Notes under the pieces: generated by a model | The model's database searches: none | Told to the model about the DNA's origin: nothing | What the model saw: only the letters and a program-made list of their open reading frames with translations | Assembly (NCBI GenBank): GCA_037443445.1 | Contig: JBBIOJ010000008.1 | Coordinates: forward strand, 4,122-68,121 | Direction: 5' to 3' | DNA: 64,000 nt | Origin: Desulfarculaceae bacterium | Lineage (GTDB): Bacteria; Desulfobacterota; Desulfocorpusculales; Desulfocorpusculum | Position numbers and translations under genes: made by a program | Shown here: positions 35,166-43,933 of the stretch, piece by piece | Layout: each line of letters starts with the position of its first letter | How positions within the stretch are numbered: the stretch's first letter is position 1

Positions 35166-35819
35166 ATGGAGCTAGTCCAGACCATTGAGGGCCGCAGGAG
35201 CTGCAGGGCCTTTTCCAGCAAGCCTGTGCAGAGGGAACTGGTGGCAGAGCTTCTCAGGAGAGCTGGGAGGGCCCCCTCGGCCCTGAACCTGCAGCCCTGG
35301 GAGGTAACCGTGGTCATGGGGGAGGAAGTGAGGCGCCTGGCAAGAAGGATCTCCTCGGCCCACCAGGAGAGGCAGACAGGCTGCAGCCCGGGGGCCAGAC
35401 GTCCCATCCCGGAGCAGCACCAAAGAAGAAGAAGGGAGACCTTTTTGCCCCTTGCCCAGACATTGGGAAACATGGGTCTTGACCTGGAGAGGTTTGTGGG
35501 GGAGGGGAGCTGCCGCTTCTATGATGCCCCGGTGGCCCTGATCCTGTGTATGGACAGCTCCTATTCCCTGGATAGGTACCTATGTATGGGGATTTTCTCG
35601 GGGTACCTTCTTCTGGCCGCCCAGGATCTGGGCCTCTCAACCTGCCCGGTGGGGCTGGTGACAGCCTACGGGGAGGAGATAAAGGATCAGCTCAACATTC
35701 CGGAGGAAAAGCAGGTGGTCTTGGGCATAGCCCTGGGCTATCCAGAGCCTGGATCTCCCCTTTGCGCTTTTCCCACGCCCAGGGAACCCCTGGAGAGCTT
35801 CGTGAGGTGGTACGGCTAG
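35166..35819 (+). CDS. Nitroreductase-family protein
   Basis: RRSCRAF, APSALNLQPW, GLSTC, GIALGYP. Confidence 0.92.
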   Translation: MELVQTIEGRRSCRAFSSKPVQRELVAELLRRAGRAPSALNLQPWEVTVVMGEEVRRLARRISSAHQERQTGCSPGARRPIPEQHQRRRRETFLPLAQTLGNMGLDLERFVGEGSCRFYDAPVALILCMDSSYSLDRYLCMGIFSGYLLLAAQDLGLSTCPVGLVTAYGEEIKDQLNIPEEKQVVLGIALGYPEPGSPLCAFPTPREPLESFVRWYG

Positions 35820-35966
35820 GCTGCAGAATCTGTTCTTCCTGAACATGCAGCTCAGGCCTACCTGGGCCACCGACCTTGCTGGCCCGGGAAGGATCCGGGA
35901 TCAGAGCCTGATTCTCCTTGCACCAGGACCTGAAGCGAATATAATAGCGCTGCGGACTGGACCTCA

Positions 35967-36554
35967 TTGATTTCCCCCAAGGGGAGGCCGGGAGTGGAGA
36001 CATACCCTTCCAGATCCAGCTGTTTGGAGATTCTGAAGAGCCGGGGGGTGCCCACACACATCATAGTGCACAGCATGCAGGTGAACCGGGTGGCCCGTTT
36101 CCTGGCCGAGAAGCTCAACGAGCAGGGGGAGGGGCTGGATTTGGGGCTCATAGACGCGGCTTCCTTGCTTCACGACATGACAAAGATGGACGGCTTGCGC
36201 ACGGGCGAGAATCATGCCAAGGCTGCCGGAGCTTTGCTGCGGCAAATGGGGCTGTCCAAGGTGGCCAGAGTGGTGGAGCAGCATGTGGTAGTGGAAGATG
36301 TGCCCGGTTTGGCGAAAATCACCGAGGAGGAGGTTGTGAATTACTCAGACAAGAGGGTCATGCATGACAGGATAGTGACCCTGGAGGAACGCTTCCAGGA
36401 CCTCAAAGAACGCTACGGCCGAAACCCTGAGGGCCGCGCCCTGATAGGCGGTTACCTGGAGAAGGCCAAGCAGATAGAGAGGAAGATCTTCAGACGGCTT
36501 TCCCTGAAGCCTGAGGAGCTACAGGAGCATATCAAGGCCTCGGCCGCGGCCTGA
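35967..36554 (+). CDS. HD-domain metal-dependent phosphohydrolase
   Basis: HS, LLHD, NHA, YSDKRV. Confidence 0.88.
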   Translation: MISPKGRPGVETYPSRSSCLEILKSRGVPTHIIVHSMQVNRVARFLAEKLNEQGEGLDLGLIDAASLLHDMTKMDGLRTGENHAKAAGALLRQMGLSKVARVVEQHVVVEDVPGLAKITEEEVVNYSDKRVMHDRIVTLEERFQDLKERYGRNPEGRALIGGYLEKAKQIERKIFRRLSLKPEELQEHIKASAAA

Positions 36555-36598
36555 GCCTCAAACAGGACTGGTGTGCCCTGCACCCAAGGAGGTAACCC

Positions 36599-36832
36599 AT
36601 GCCCATATCAGCCTTCGTGTTCGTGGAATGCACGGCAGGGAGGGCCATCCAGATTGCCAGGGAGATCAGGGAGATCCCAGGGGTCAAGTACGCCCATGCT
36701 GCCACGGGTCCATACGACGTGATAGCCCTCATAGAGGCTGCCGACCTTCAGATCATGGGGGAGATGGTGATCAGAAGGATCCAGTCCATATCGGGGGTGA
36801 TCCGGACGCAGACCAACGTCGTGGTGGAGTGA
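36599..36832 (+). CDS. Stand-alone Lrp/AsnC ligand-binding-domain protein
   Basis: AGGAGG RBS. TGPYDVIA...I..I.GV..T.T. Confidence 0.88.
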   Translation: MPISAFVFVECTAGRAIQIAREIREIPGVKYAHAATGPYDVIALIEAADLQIMGEMVIRRIQSISGVIRTQTNVVVE

Positions 36833-36839
36833 TCCCCTA

Positions 36840-39026
36840 GTGGAAAAGCACAGGCAGGATCAGGAAATCCGGGAGCGCCTGTTCAAAGTGCTGAGGGAAT
36901 TCCCGGTCCTGTACAGGGCGCGGTTGGGAGTGGGCACAAGGCTGCTCAACCCCTTCCAGCCCCTTCAGCATGTGGTAAGCACCCACGTCAATCCCCTGAT
37001 CTTGTACATAAATGACCTTGTGGAGGAGATAAAGTCGGGGGTTCCTTATCTGGAGGCCCTGGAGCGGGTCGTGCTCTTCGCCGTGCGCTACCCTTACAGG
37101 GACCGAGTCAGGGAGGCGGTGGATCAGCTGATCTCCATAGAAGGGGATCGGCCTTACTTCATGTGGGGGCTGGCGCATCTGGCCAGAGCAGAGGATGCGA
37201 CCACCAGGGGTGCCAGACTCAGGGAGTTTCACCGCCGGCTCTACCTCATGAACAAGTATTACAAGGAGCACCTGGAGATCAAGGGGGATCACGACCTAAT
37301 ACCTTGGCGGGCTTCCTTCCGGGCCCAGGCGGATGGAGTGACCGAGGGCTCCTACGAGTTCCCAACCAGAAGAGAACTGGAAACCTTTCGAAACGCCCTC
37401 CTGTGCCTTGCAGATCTTTGGGCCACCAGGTGCCGGGGAGGCCGGGCCCGCAAATCCCTGGGGGCCAGGATCCATGGGGAAATGGAGCAATTGGGCCGGC
37501 TCTTGTTCGACTACGGTTACACTGTGCAGGAGATCTGCGGAAAACTGAGAAGGGATGACTTTTCCCTGCCCGAGTTCCTCAACGGGCTTCTCCTCCAGGA
37601 GCTGCACAAGAGCCTGGTTTCCCCCATGGACACGGCCAGTGCCTCCAGGCACATCCTGGGCCTCACGCTCTTGGATTTTGTTTCAGTGGTGCCTTTCAGG
37701 ACGTTTTATTGCAGAGTTAGCCGCACCAAGGAAGCCATGGAGATGGCCAAAGAGGTGGAAAAGAGGCTGGGCTCCAAGAACAGCCTGTACAGGAGGGTGC
37801 TGGAGCTCTACCTGGGCTACCGCGAGGTGCAACCTCCCCTTGCCGCTTACTACCTGGAATACCGCTTCAGCAAGGCCCACGGCGACTACTTCCCGGCCAA
37901 GAGCGGTGAGCACTTCGGGGTGGACATAACCAAGAAGTTTTTCTTCAAATACTTCGACCAGCAGACAGTGCAGGAAGAGGCCACCCAGGCGGCCAAGAGA
38001 CTTTACAGTTCAAAGACCTCCCAGGAGGTGGTGGAACTTCTCCAGCTCTTGCTCTCGGCCCTTTCCCGTCCTGATACAGTAAGAGGCAGGCAGGTTCACA
38101 TTCTGGGCCACATTCAGTCCGGGGCCATGGGAAGGGTGCTTTTGGGTGTTTACAAGGCCGAGATAGTGGCCCTGAAGGAGGCAGTGGTCCCTGCGGGCTC
38201 CTCCATGCCCCTTAGCGAGAAAGTCAGGCAGCTGGAGTATGAGGGCCGCATACACGGTCATGTCCAGTCCGGGGAAAAACAACACGAGAACATAGTGGAA
38301 TGCTTTGGAATAGTGGAGGAAGAGGGCCGAAGATACCTGGCCATAGGTTACCATCCGGCAGAGACCCTGGGATCCCTGATAAGAAGACTTCAGAGTGCCC
38401 TGGCCAGAGGGAGAGGCCCCAGCCGGGTGCTTAGTCTGGGAGAGTTCGGGCTCATCGCCTCGCAACTCCTGAGCGTGCTTGCCCATCTGCGCTCCAGGCA
38501 GGTGATCCACCGGGATCTGAAGCCTGCCAACCTTCTGTATCTGGTGGACGAGACAGGTCGGCTGAGCCTCATCAAGCTGATAGACTTCGGGGTAGCCCTG
38601 GGCTTGGCCGAGGGATTGCCCAAGGACATGTTCAGGCGCCAGGTGGTGGGCACCATGGCTTACATGGCCCCTGAGGTGGTCATGGCCCAGAGTTCCTATG
38701 CCTCGGATCTCTATTCTGCAGGGGTCATTCTGTACCAGCTGATGAGCGGGGGGCTCCCCTTGGAGCTGGCCAGGCCCAAGAGCCGAGAAGATCTTAAGAT
38801 GCAGCTAAAACGCGTGGTGACAGAAAAGAGGAGGCCCCTTCTCCAGGCCAACCCAAGCCTGGGGAAAGAGCCCTATTTGAAAAGGCTTGCAGAGCTCGTG
38901 CAATCCATGATCCGCATGGATCCCACAACGCGCCCGCCCGTGGATCTCCTGGAGCGGGACTGGGAGGAAGCCTGGTCCCAGCTCCCACCAGAGGTTCTGG
39001 AAACCCCATTCCCTTATGGTCCCTGA
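36840..39026 (+). CDS. Hanks-type Ser/Thr protein kinase with a large unknown N-terminal region
   Basis: SGAMGRV, VALK, HENIV, HRDLKPANL, DFG, YMAPE, SDLYSAG. No obvious TM segment. Confidence 0.9.
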   Translation: MEKHRQDQEIRERLFKVLREFPVLYRARLGVGTRLLNPFQPLQHVVSTHVNPLILYINDLVEEIKSGVPYLEALERVVLFAVRYPYRDRVREAVDQLISIEGDRPYFMWGLAHLARAEDATTRGARLREFHRRLYLMNKYYKEHLEIKGDHDLIPWRASFRAQADGVTEGSYEFPTRRELETFRNALLCLADLWATRCRGGRARKSLGARIHGEMEQLGRLLFDYGYTVQEICGKLRRDDFSLPEFLNGLLLQELHKSLVSPMDTASASRHILGLTLLDFVSVVPFRTFYCRVSRTKEAMEMAKEVEKRLGSKNSLYRRVLELYLGYREVQPPLAAYYLEYRFSKAHGDYFPAKSGEHFGVDITKKFFFKYFDQQTVQEEATQAAKRLYSSKTSQEVVELLQLLLSALSRPDTVRGRQVHILGHIQSGAMGRVLLGVYKAEIVALKEAVVPAGSSMPLSEKVRQLEYEGRIHGHVQSGEKQHENIVECFGIVEEEGRRYLAIGYHPAETLGSLIRRLQSALARGRGPSRVLSLGEFGLIASQLLSVLAHLRSRQVIHRDLKPANLLYLVDETGRLSLIKLIDFGVALGLAEGLPKDMFRRQVVGTMAYMAPEVVMAQSSYASDLYSAGVILYQLMSGGLPLELARPKSREDLKMQLKRVVTEKRRPLLQANPSLGKEPYLKRLAELVQSMIRMDPTTRPPVDLLERDWEEAWSQLPPEVLETPFPYGP

Positions 39027-39271
39027 ATCCCCCCCGAGGGTTCTGGCAAGGCTGTTTGGCCGGCCATTTCCCTCAGGATCTTGAGCGTCTCCAGGGCTTC
39101 CTCCTCGTCCAGCCGCTGGATGGCAAATCCCGCATGGACTATCACGTGCTCCCCCGGCAGGATGCCAGGCACCAGCACCAGGGAGACAGCCCTTCTCACC
39201 CCGTCCAGCTCCACGATGCCGTCTTGTTCGTCGATCAGCTCCACCACCTTGGCAGGAACCCCGACACACAT
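39014..39271 (-). CDS. hypC: Hydrogenase maturation chaperone HypC/HupF
   Basis: MCVGVPAKV, GEHVIVHAGFAI...DEEEA.ETL. Confidence 0.93.
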   Translation of the reverse strand: MCVGVPAKVVELIDEQDGIVELDGVRRAVSLVLVPGILPGEHVIVHAGFAIQRLDEEEALETLKILREMAGQTALPEPSGGIQGP

Positions 39272-39293
39272 GCTTCGCTCCTCTCTTGACTTC

Positions 39294-40460
39294 TCATTTT
39301 CGATGGTAAAGGGGGGACATCTTTCTGAGCCGCTCCACTATGGGAGGGAATTGCTCCAGCACGTAATCCACGTCTTCCTCACTGGTGTGCTCCCCAATGC
39401 TGAAAAGCAAGGAACCTTGGGCCAGATCAGGAGGTACGCCCATGGAGGTCAGCACGTGAGAGGCCTTGAGAGACACGGATGTGCAGGCCGAGCCGCTTGC
39501 CACAGCTATCCCCACAGAGTCCATGAAGAGCAGCATCGCCTCCCCCTCCACGAACTCCACAGAGACGCTTTGGAAGCCTGGAAGCCTCTGGGTGGGATGC
39601 CCGTTCCAGTGAAGGTGATCCACCCTTTCCGAGAGTCCCTCTCTCAGCTTCTCCCCCAGAGAGCGGCAGTGGGCCATCCTCTTGGGCATCTCTGCCACGG
39701 CCAACTCTGCAGCAACTCCCATCCCAACTATGGCAGGCACGTTCTCGGTGCCTCCCCTGCGACCGTCCTCCTGTGCCCCTCCGTCCAGGAGCCTCTGGGT
39801 GGGGGTGCCACGGCGCATGTACAGTGCTCCAACCCCCCTGGGACCGTAAAACTGGTCTGCAGAGCAGCTCAGAAGATCCACCCCCAGCTCCTCCACGTCA
39901 ACAGGCACGCGGCCCACTGAGCCCACCGCGTCGGTGTGGAAGACCACCCCCGCCTCCTTCACGATCTTGGCTATTTCCTTTATGGGTTGGAGAGTTCCCA
40001 CCTCAGGCGTGCTGTGCATGATGGAAACCATTATGGTGTCCTTGCGAAGGGCCTTTCGTACCTCCTCGGGATCCACCTGGCCATTGGTATCCACAGGGAC
40101 CTTGGTGACCTGGAACCCCCATCGCTCCAGGGTGTTGGCCACGTAAAGGACCGAGAAGTGCTCCACCGAGGAGATCACCACATGCTGGCCCTTGTCCCGG
40201 TTCTTCCAAACAGTGCCCTTGAGGGCCCAGTTGTTGGCTTCTGTGCCGCAAGACGTGAAGTAGACTTCCTCAGGGCTCGCAGCCCCCAGGAGTTTGGACA
40301 CCTTGCCCCTGGCCTCGGTGACTGCCTTCAGGGGCTCCTCCCCCAGGTGGTGGATGCTGGAGGGGTTTCCGAAGTGCTCCCTGAAGAAAGGAAGCATGGC
40401 TTGGAAGACCTCTTCTCTGACAGGGGTGCCTGCGTAGGAATCCATGTTCACACTTTTCAT
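39294..40460 (-). CDS. IscS/NifS-like class V PLP-fold protein lacking the PLP lysine
   Basis: FGNPSS, FTSCGTEANN, RGGTEN, SGSACTS are present, but SADQFYGP replaces S.HK.YGP. Confidence 0.9.
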   Translation of the reverse strand: MKSVNMDSYAGTPVREEVFQAMLPFFREHFGNPSSIHHLGEEPLKAVTEARGKVSKLLGAASPEEVYFTSCGTEANNWALKGTVWKNRDKGQHVVISSVEHFSVLYVANTLERWGFQVTKVPVDTNGQVDPEEVRKALRKDTIMVSIMHSTPEVGTLQPIKEIAKIVKEAGVVFHTDAVGSVGRVPVDVEELGVDLLSCSADQFYGPRGVGALYMRRGTPTQRLLDGGAQEDGRRGGTENVPAIVGMGVAAELAVAEMPKRMAHCRSLGEKLREGLSERVDHLHWNGHPTQRLPGFQSVSVEFVEGEAMLLFMDSVGIAVASGSACTSVSLKASHVLTSMGVPPDLAQGSLLFSIGEHTSEEDVDYVLEQFPPIVERLRKMSPLYHRK

Positions 40461-40501
40461 TGCCTGCTCCTTTTCCCTATCCTTCCTCTTCTTATTTCCA
40501 C

Positions 40502-40529
40502 ATTATCCATCGGGTTGGGCCCCGGTCAA
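40502..40529 (-). promoter_or_regulatory. Putative sigma70 promoter of the iscS-like/hypC operon
   Basis: TTGACC-N16-GATAAT on the minus strand. Confidence 0.5.
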
Positions 40530-40553
40530 CCCTGGAGTGTATTATTTGCTTTG

Positions 40554-40717
40554 GTGCTCTCCTGTCCACACTTGCAGGGAAGTCTATTTCGCGCCAAGTG
40601 GCTCCTTACCCGAGACCGGCCTCAGGAGCATGTCCAATGGGTTGTCCCCGACCCCGTGGATCTGAACTTTCCAGGTGAAAAGGCTCTTTGAATCGTCCAG
40701 GCCGGGGAGGGGGTCAC
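40554..40717 (+). ncRNA. Candidate rod-shaped structured RNA (6S-like architecture)
   Basis: End-to-end pairing with G-U wobbles, a central bubble, apical GGAGCATGTCC, and TATTAT just upstream. Folded by eye only. Confidence 0.4.
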
Positions 40718-40751
40718 AATAGAATCTCGAGGCCAAAATATCCCGATGGAG

Positions 40752-40780
40752 TTGACAATCACTGGCCTTGTGACTAGGGT
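40752..40780 (+). promoter_or_regulatory. Putative sigma70 promoter of yjbQ
   Basis: TTGACA-N17-TAGGGT. Confidence 0.6.
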
Positions 40781-40875
40781 GATCCTTGCAACCCGGAGAA
40801 ATGGGATGGATGGTTTGGGAAGGCCTGTTGGGTGACTAGGGCACAGGCGAAATTCCCAAGGAATGGGGAGGCCTG

Positions 40876-41295
40876 ATGAAAAGCTACCGCAAAGAGCTTT
40901 GGTTCAATATCCCGGCCCGCCGGGGATTCGTGAACATAACTTCACAGGTGGAGCAGTGCTTGAAGGAAAGCGGGATCAAGGAGGGGTTCGCCCTTGTCAA
41001 TGCCATGCACATAACCGCCTCGGTTTTCATAAACGACAACGAGGCGGGGTTGCATGAAGACTTTGAAAAATGGCTGGAAGAACTGGCGCCACATGAGCCT
41101 GTTTCCCGCTACAGGCACAACCGCACCGGTGAGGACAACGCAGATGCCCATCTCAAGCGCCAGCTCATGGGCCGGGAGGTGGTGGTAGCTGTCACAGCCG
41201 GGAGGTTGGACTTTGGTCCCTGGGAGCAGATCTTCTATGGCGAGTTTGACGGAGGCCGGCGCAAGAGGGTTCTGGTCAAGATAATAGGGGAATGA
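40876..41295 (+). CDS. yjbQ: YjbQ/UPF0047-family protein
   Basis: [37 protein letters not shown]. Confidence 0.93.
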   Translation: MKSYRKELWFNIPARRGFVNITSQVEQCLKESGIKEGFALVNAMHITASVFINDNEAGLHEDFEKWLEELAPHEPVSRYRHNRTGEDNADAHLKRQLMGREVVVAVTAGRLDFGPWEQIFYGEFDGGRRKRVLVKIIGE

Positions 41296-41313
41296 GAACA
41301 AGGGGCCACAGTG

Positions 41314-41475
41314 ATGGCCCAAAACGACCTGCCCCAGGAGGTGTTCCAGAAACTCACCAAGCCCGAGGCCAAGAGGATGGTGGTCATAGGAGAGGGCACC
41401 CATGCCGTGGCCCTGGAGAAGAACAGGCTTCAGCTTTTCAGGGAAACCGCCCTGTTCCTGGAGGAGGAGCATTGA
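41314..41475 (+). pseudogene. C-terminal remnant of an alpha/beta hydrolase (53 aa, not in the ORF track)
   Basis: MAQNDLPQEVFQKLTKPEAKRMVVIGEGTHAVALEKNRLQLFRETALFLEEEH contains the catalytic-His loop and final helix only. Confidence 0.6.
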
Positions 41476-41581
41476 GGCCAGGGAAAAGCAACCGGGCTTT
41501 CTCCTCATGTGAGGACGGTCCACCCAAGCTTTGGACCAAGAGGGATGTCTCAGTCTTGTTTGCCAGGCCGGGGGGCTGGAA

Positions 41582-42457
41582 ATGAAAGACCAGAGCCGTC
41601 TGCTTGAGGGGGCGGTGGACATGCACGTGCACTGCTCCCCGGATGTGGTGCCTCGCAGTCTGGATGTGATTGAGGCGGCCAGGCAGGCTGCACGAGCCGG
41701 GCTGGCCGCCTTGGTGATCAAGAGTCACTCGTACTGCACAGCTCCCCTGGCCATTATGGCGGAAAAGGCCGTGGAAGGGGTAAGGGTCTTCGGATCTTTG
41801 GTCCTCAACAGGGCCGTGGGCGGCCTCAACCCAGAGGCTGTCAAGACGGCCCTCAGCCTGGGCGCCAAAGTGGTCTGGATGCCCACTGTCTCGGCCTCAA
41901 ACCATCAGAGGGCCCTGCAGAGCTCCCCGCGGGCAGAGCACCTGAAAAGACTGGGATCAGAGACCGGGGGATTGAGCATACTGAGTCCAGACGGCACGGT
42001 CCTGCCCGAGGTAATAGAGATAATAAGACTGGTCAGGGATGGGGGCGCTGTGCTTGCATCCGGCCATCTGGGGCTTGCCGAGGTGAAGGCCCTTGTTGAG
42101 TGCGCTTCCAGGGAGGGGCTCAACCGCCTGGTGGTGACCCATCCTGAGCTGGACATTACATGGATTCCCGAGCAGGAGCAAAAGGAGCTTGCCTCCAAGG
42201 GGGCCTTGTTCGAGCGCTGCTGGTACTCCTCCAGCCCAGGGGGCTACGGGCTGGACCCTGGCAGAATAGCCTCAAGCATAAGAAATTTGGGCGCACAAAG
42301 CACGATACTGTCTTCTGACATGGGCCAGTTGGGCAATCCCACCCCTGTCAAAGGTCTGGCCAGGTTCCTGGAGGAACTCATGGATCGGGGTGTGGGAAGA
42401 GAGGAAATCGAACTCATGAGCAAGCACACCCCCAGAAAACTACTGGGTTTGGACTGA
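41582..42457 (+). CDS. Amidohydrolase-fold metalloprotein (DUF6282-like)
   Basis: DMHVHCSPD, KSH, WMPT, ASGH, VTHP, SSDMGQ. Confidence 0.85.
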   Translation: MKDQSRLLEGAVDMHVHCSPDVVPRSLDVIEAARQAARAGLAALVIKSHSYCTAPLAIMAEKAVEGVRVFGSLVLNRAVGGLNPEAVKTALSLGAKVVWMPTVSASNHQRALQSSPRAEHLKRLGSETGGLSILSPDGTVLPEVIEIIRLVRDGGAVLASGHLGLAEVKALVECASREGLNRLVVTHPELDITWIPEQEQKELASKGALFERCWYSSSPGGYGLDPGRIASSIRNLGAQSTILSSDMGQLGNPTPVKGLARFLEELMDRGVGREEIELMSKHTPRKLLGLD

Positions 42458-42494
42458 GAAGAGGCAGGTTCCCTGTGCAGCCCGGTCTGTTCCA

Positions 42495-42929
42495 TCAGGC
42501 CTCGGATTCGGTCCACCTGAAATCTATGAGTTCCAGGAGCACGCCGTTGAGCTTTCCCGGGTTGATGAAAGCAAACTCACAGTCTTCGAAAGGCCTTGTC
42601 TTCTTCCCCTCCGAAGTGGGAATGAAGGGGTAGCCTAGCAATTCCAGCTCTTGCACCGCCTGCCTCGTATTGTCCACATTCAAGCCCAGGACCATGAGCC
42701 CCTCCCCGTGCTGCTCAATCCACCTGGCCACAGGGCCGTCGGGGCTGGTGGACTCCATGAGCTCCAGCCCAATTCCTCCCACGTGGTACCTAGCCACCCG
42801 GATCTTCTCTGGCTCGTGCGTGTACAACCGGTCCGGCCCGGACTTGCCAATGAGAGGCTCCCAGACCTCCATGGCCTGCTCCAGGTTCCTGACGGCTATG
42901 CATAGGTGGTCTATCTTGTTGATTCTCAT
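42495..42929 (-). CDS. VOC-family protein (methylmalonyl-CoA epimerase-like)
   Basis: KIDHLCIAV, LELME, GEGL, AFINP...GVLLELI. Confidence 0.85.
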   Translation of the reverse strand: MRINKIDHLCIAVRNLEQAMEVWEPLIGKSGPDRLYTHEPEKIRVARYHVGGIGLELMESTSPDGPVARWIEQHGEGLMVLGLNVDNTRQAVQELELLGYPFIPTSEGKKTRPFEDCEFAFINPGKLNGVLLELIDFRWTESEA

Positions 42930-43314
42930 TCTTTTATAGTCCTCCCCGCGCAAAACTTGCAAAAGGATCCAAGACAAAGACACATCTACCATCCTTAAAA
43001 CACCAAGGCCGTGCAACACCACCCAAGCAAGGGCTTTGAGTCCGGACATCTCGAAGCATCCCGGCAGCCTTGGGGGCGCAATCCCCGAACCAGCCCGGCC
43101 CGGTCAATGATCCGGGCCAGGCACAAAGCATTTCATAACAGAAAGGGTATTCCTTCCACAACTCTGGAATCCTCCTTTCGGTGCCCTGGGCACTGGGGCC
43201 TGCATCCCAGGGAATTGAGCCAGCCGCTTGCATTGACCGGCTGGCTGGGGGATATTGGTGTTGTGAGCCCCAGGTGATCTGCCTGGAGAAGGGAAGAATT
43301 GGGAGTCACAACAA

Positions 43315-43929
43315 ATGGCCTTGGCAGACAGAACCCTTGCAGGGTTCCTGGAGCAGGTGGCAGGTATCGCCCCCACAGTCCCGGCTGGAGGATGCGTGGT
43401 GGGGCTGGCAGGGGCCCTGGCCGCATCCCTGGGCAGGTTTGTCTCGGCCCTCAGCGCCAGGAGAGCAGAGGAGCCGGGCAGGGTGGAGAGATACCAGGCC
43501 ATGGAAGCACGTCTGGAGGTGTTGCAGCAAAGATGCCTGGCCCTCATGGACCAGGATATGGAAGCTTGCGAGAGGCTCTTCCAAGCCAGGCTCAGCATGG
43601 CCAGGGCTAGGTCCGGAGGGCATGCCGAGGGGCTCCAGGAGGCCGCCTGTGCCTTGATGGAGCCCCCGCTGGCGCTTGCCCGCTGCGGCCTGGAGCTTCT
43701 CAGAATAAACTTGGAGCTTGCCCAAAAGGGCAATCCTGTGGCCAAGGCCGATGCGGCTGTGGCAGCAGAGATGGCAAATGCCTGTGCCAGGGGGGGGCTC
43801 TGGATAGCCAGGGCCAACCTGGGCCTCCTGGGCAGAGGGCTCGGAAAGTCCCACTCAGAAAGCATGGACCACTTGGAAGTGGAGCTGGAAGCCCTTTATG
43901 GGAGGCTTTCCCAGGAAATGGGGAAGTGA
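43315..43929 (+). CDS. Formiminotransferase-cyclodeaminase C-terminal-domain (cyclodeaminase/cyclohydrolase) protein
   Basis: FL..VA...PTVPAGG...LAGALAASL, KGNP.A..DA, ARANL. Confidence 0.8.
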   Translation: MALADRTLAGFLEQVAGIAPTVPAGGCVVGLAGALAASLGRFVSALSARRAEEPGRVERYQAMEARLEVLQQRCLALMDQDMEACERLFQARLSMARARSGGHAEGLQEAACALMEPPLALARCGLELLRINLELAQKGNPVAKADAAVAAEMANACARGGLWIARANLGLLGRGLGKSHSESMDHLEVELEALYGRLSQEMGK

Positions 43930-43933
43930 GGAA

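Noticed and set aside
40554-40717. tRNA, tRNA-Sec, SRP RNA or tmRNA
   Set aside because: No TTCGA T-loop cloverleaf, SRP GGAA-loop motif or tmRNA termini. Kept only as an unassigned structured-RNA candidate.
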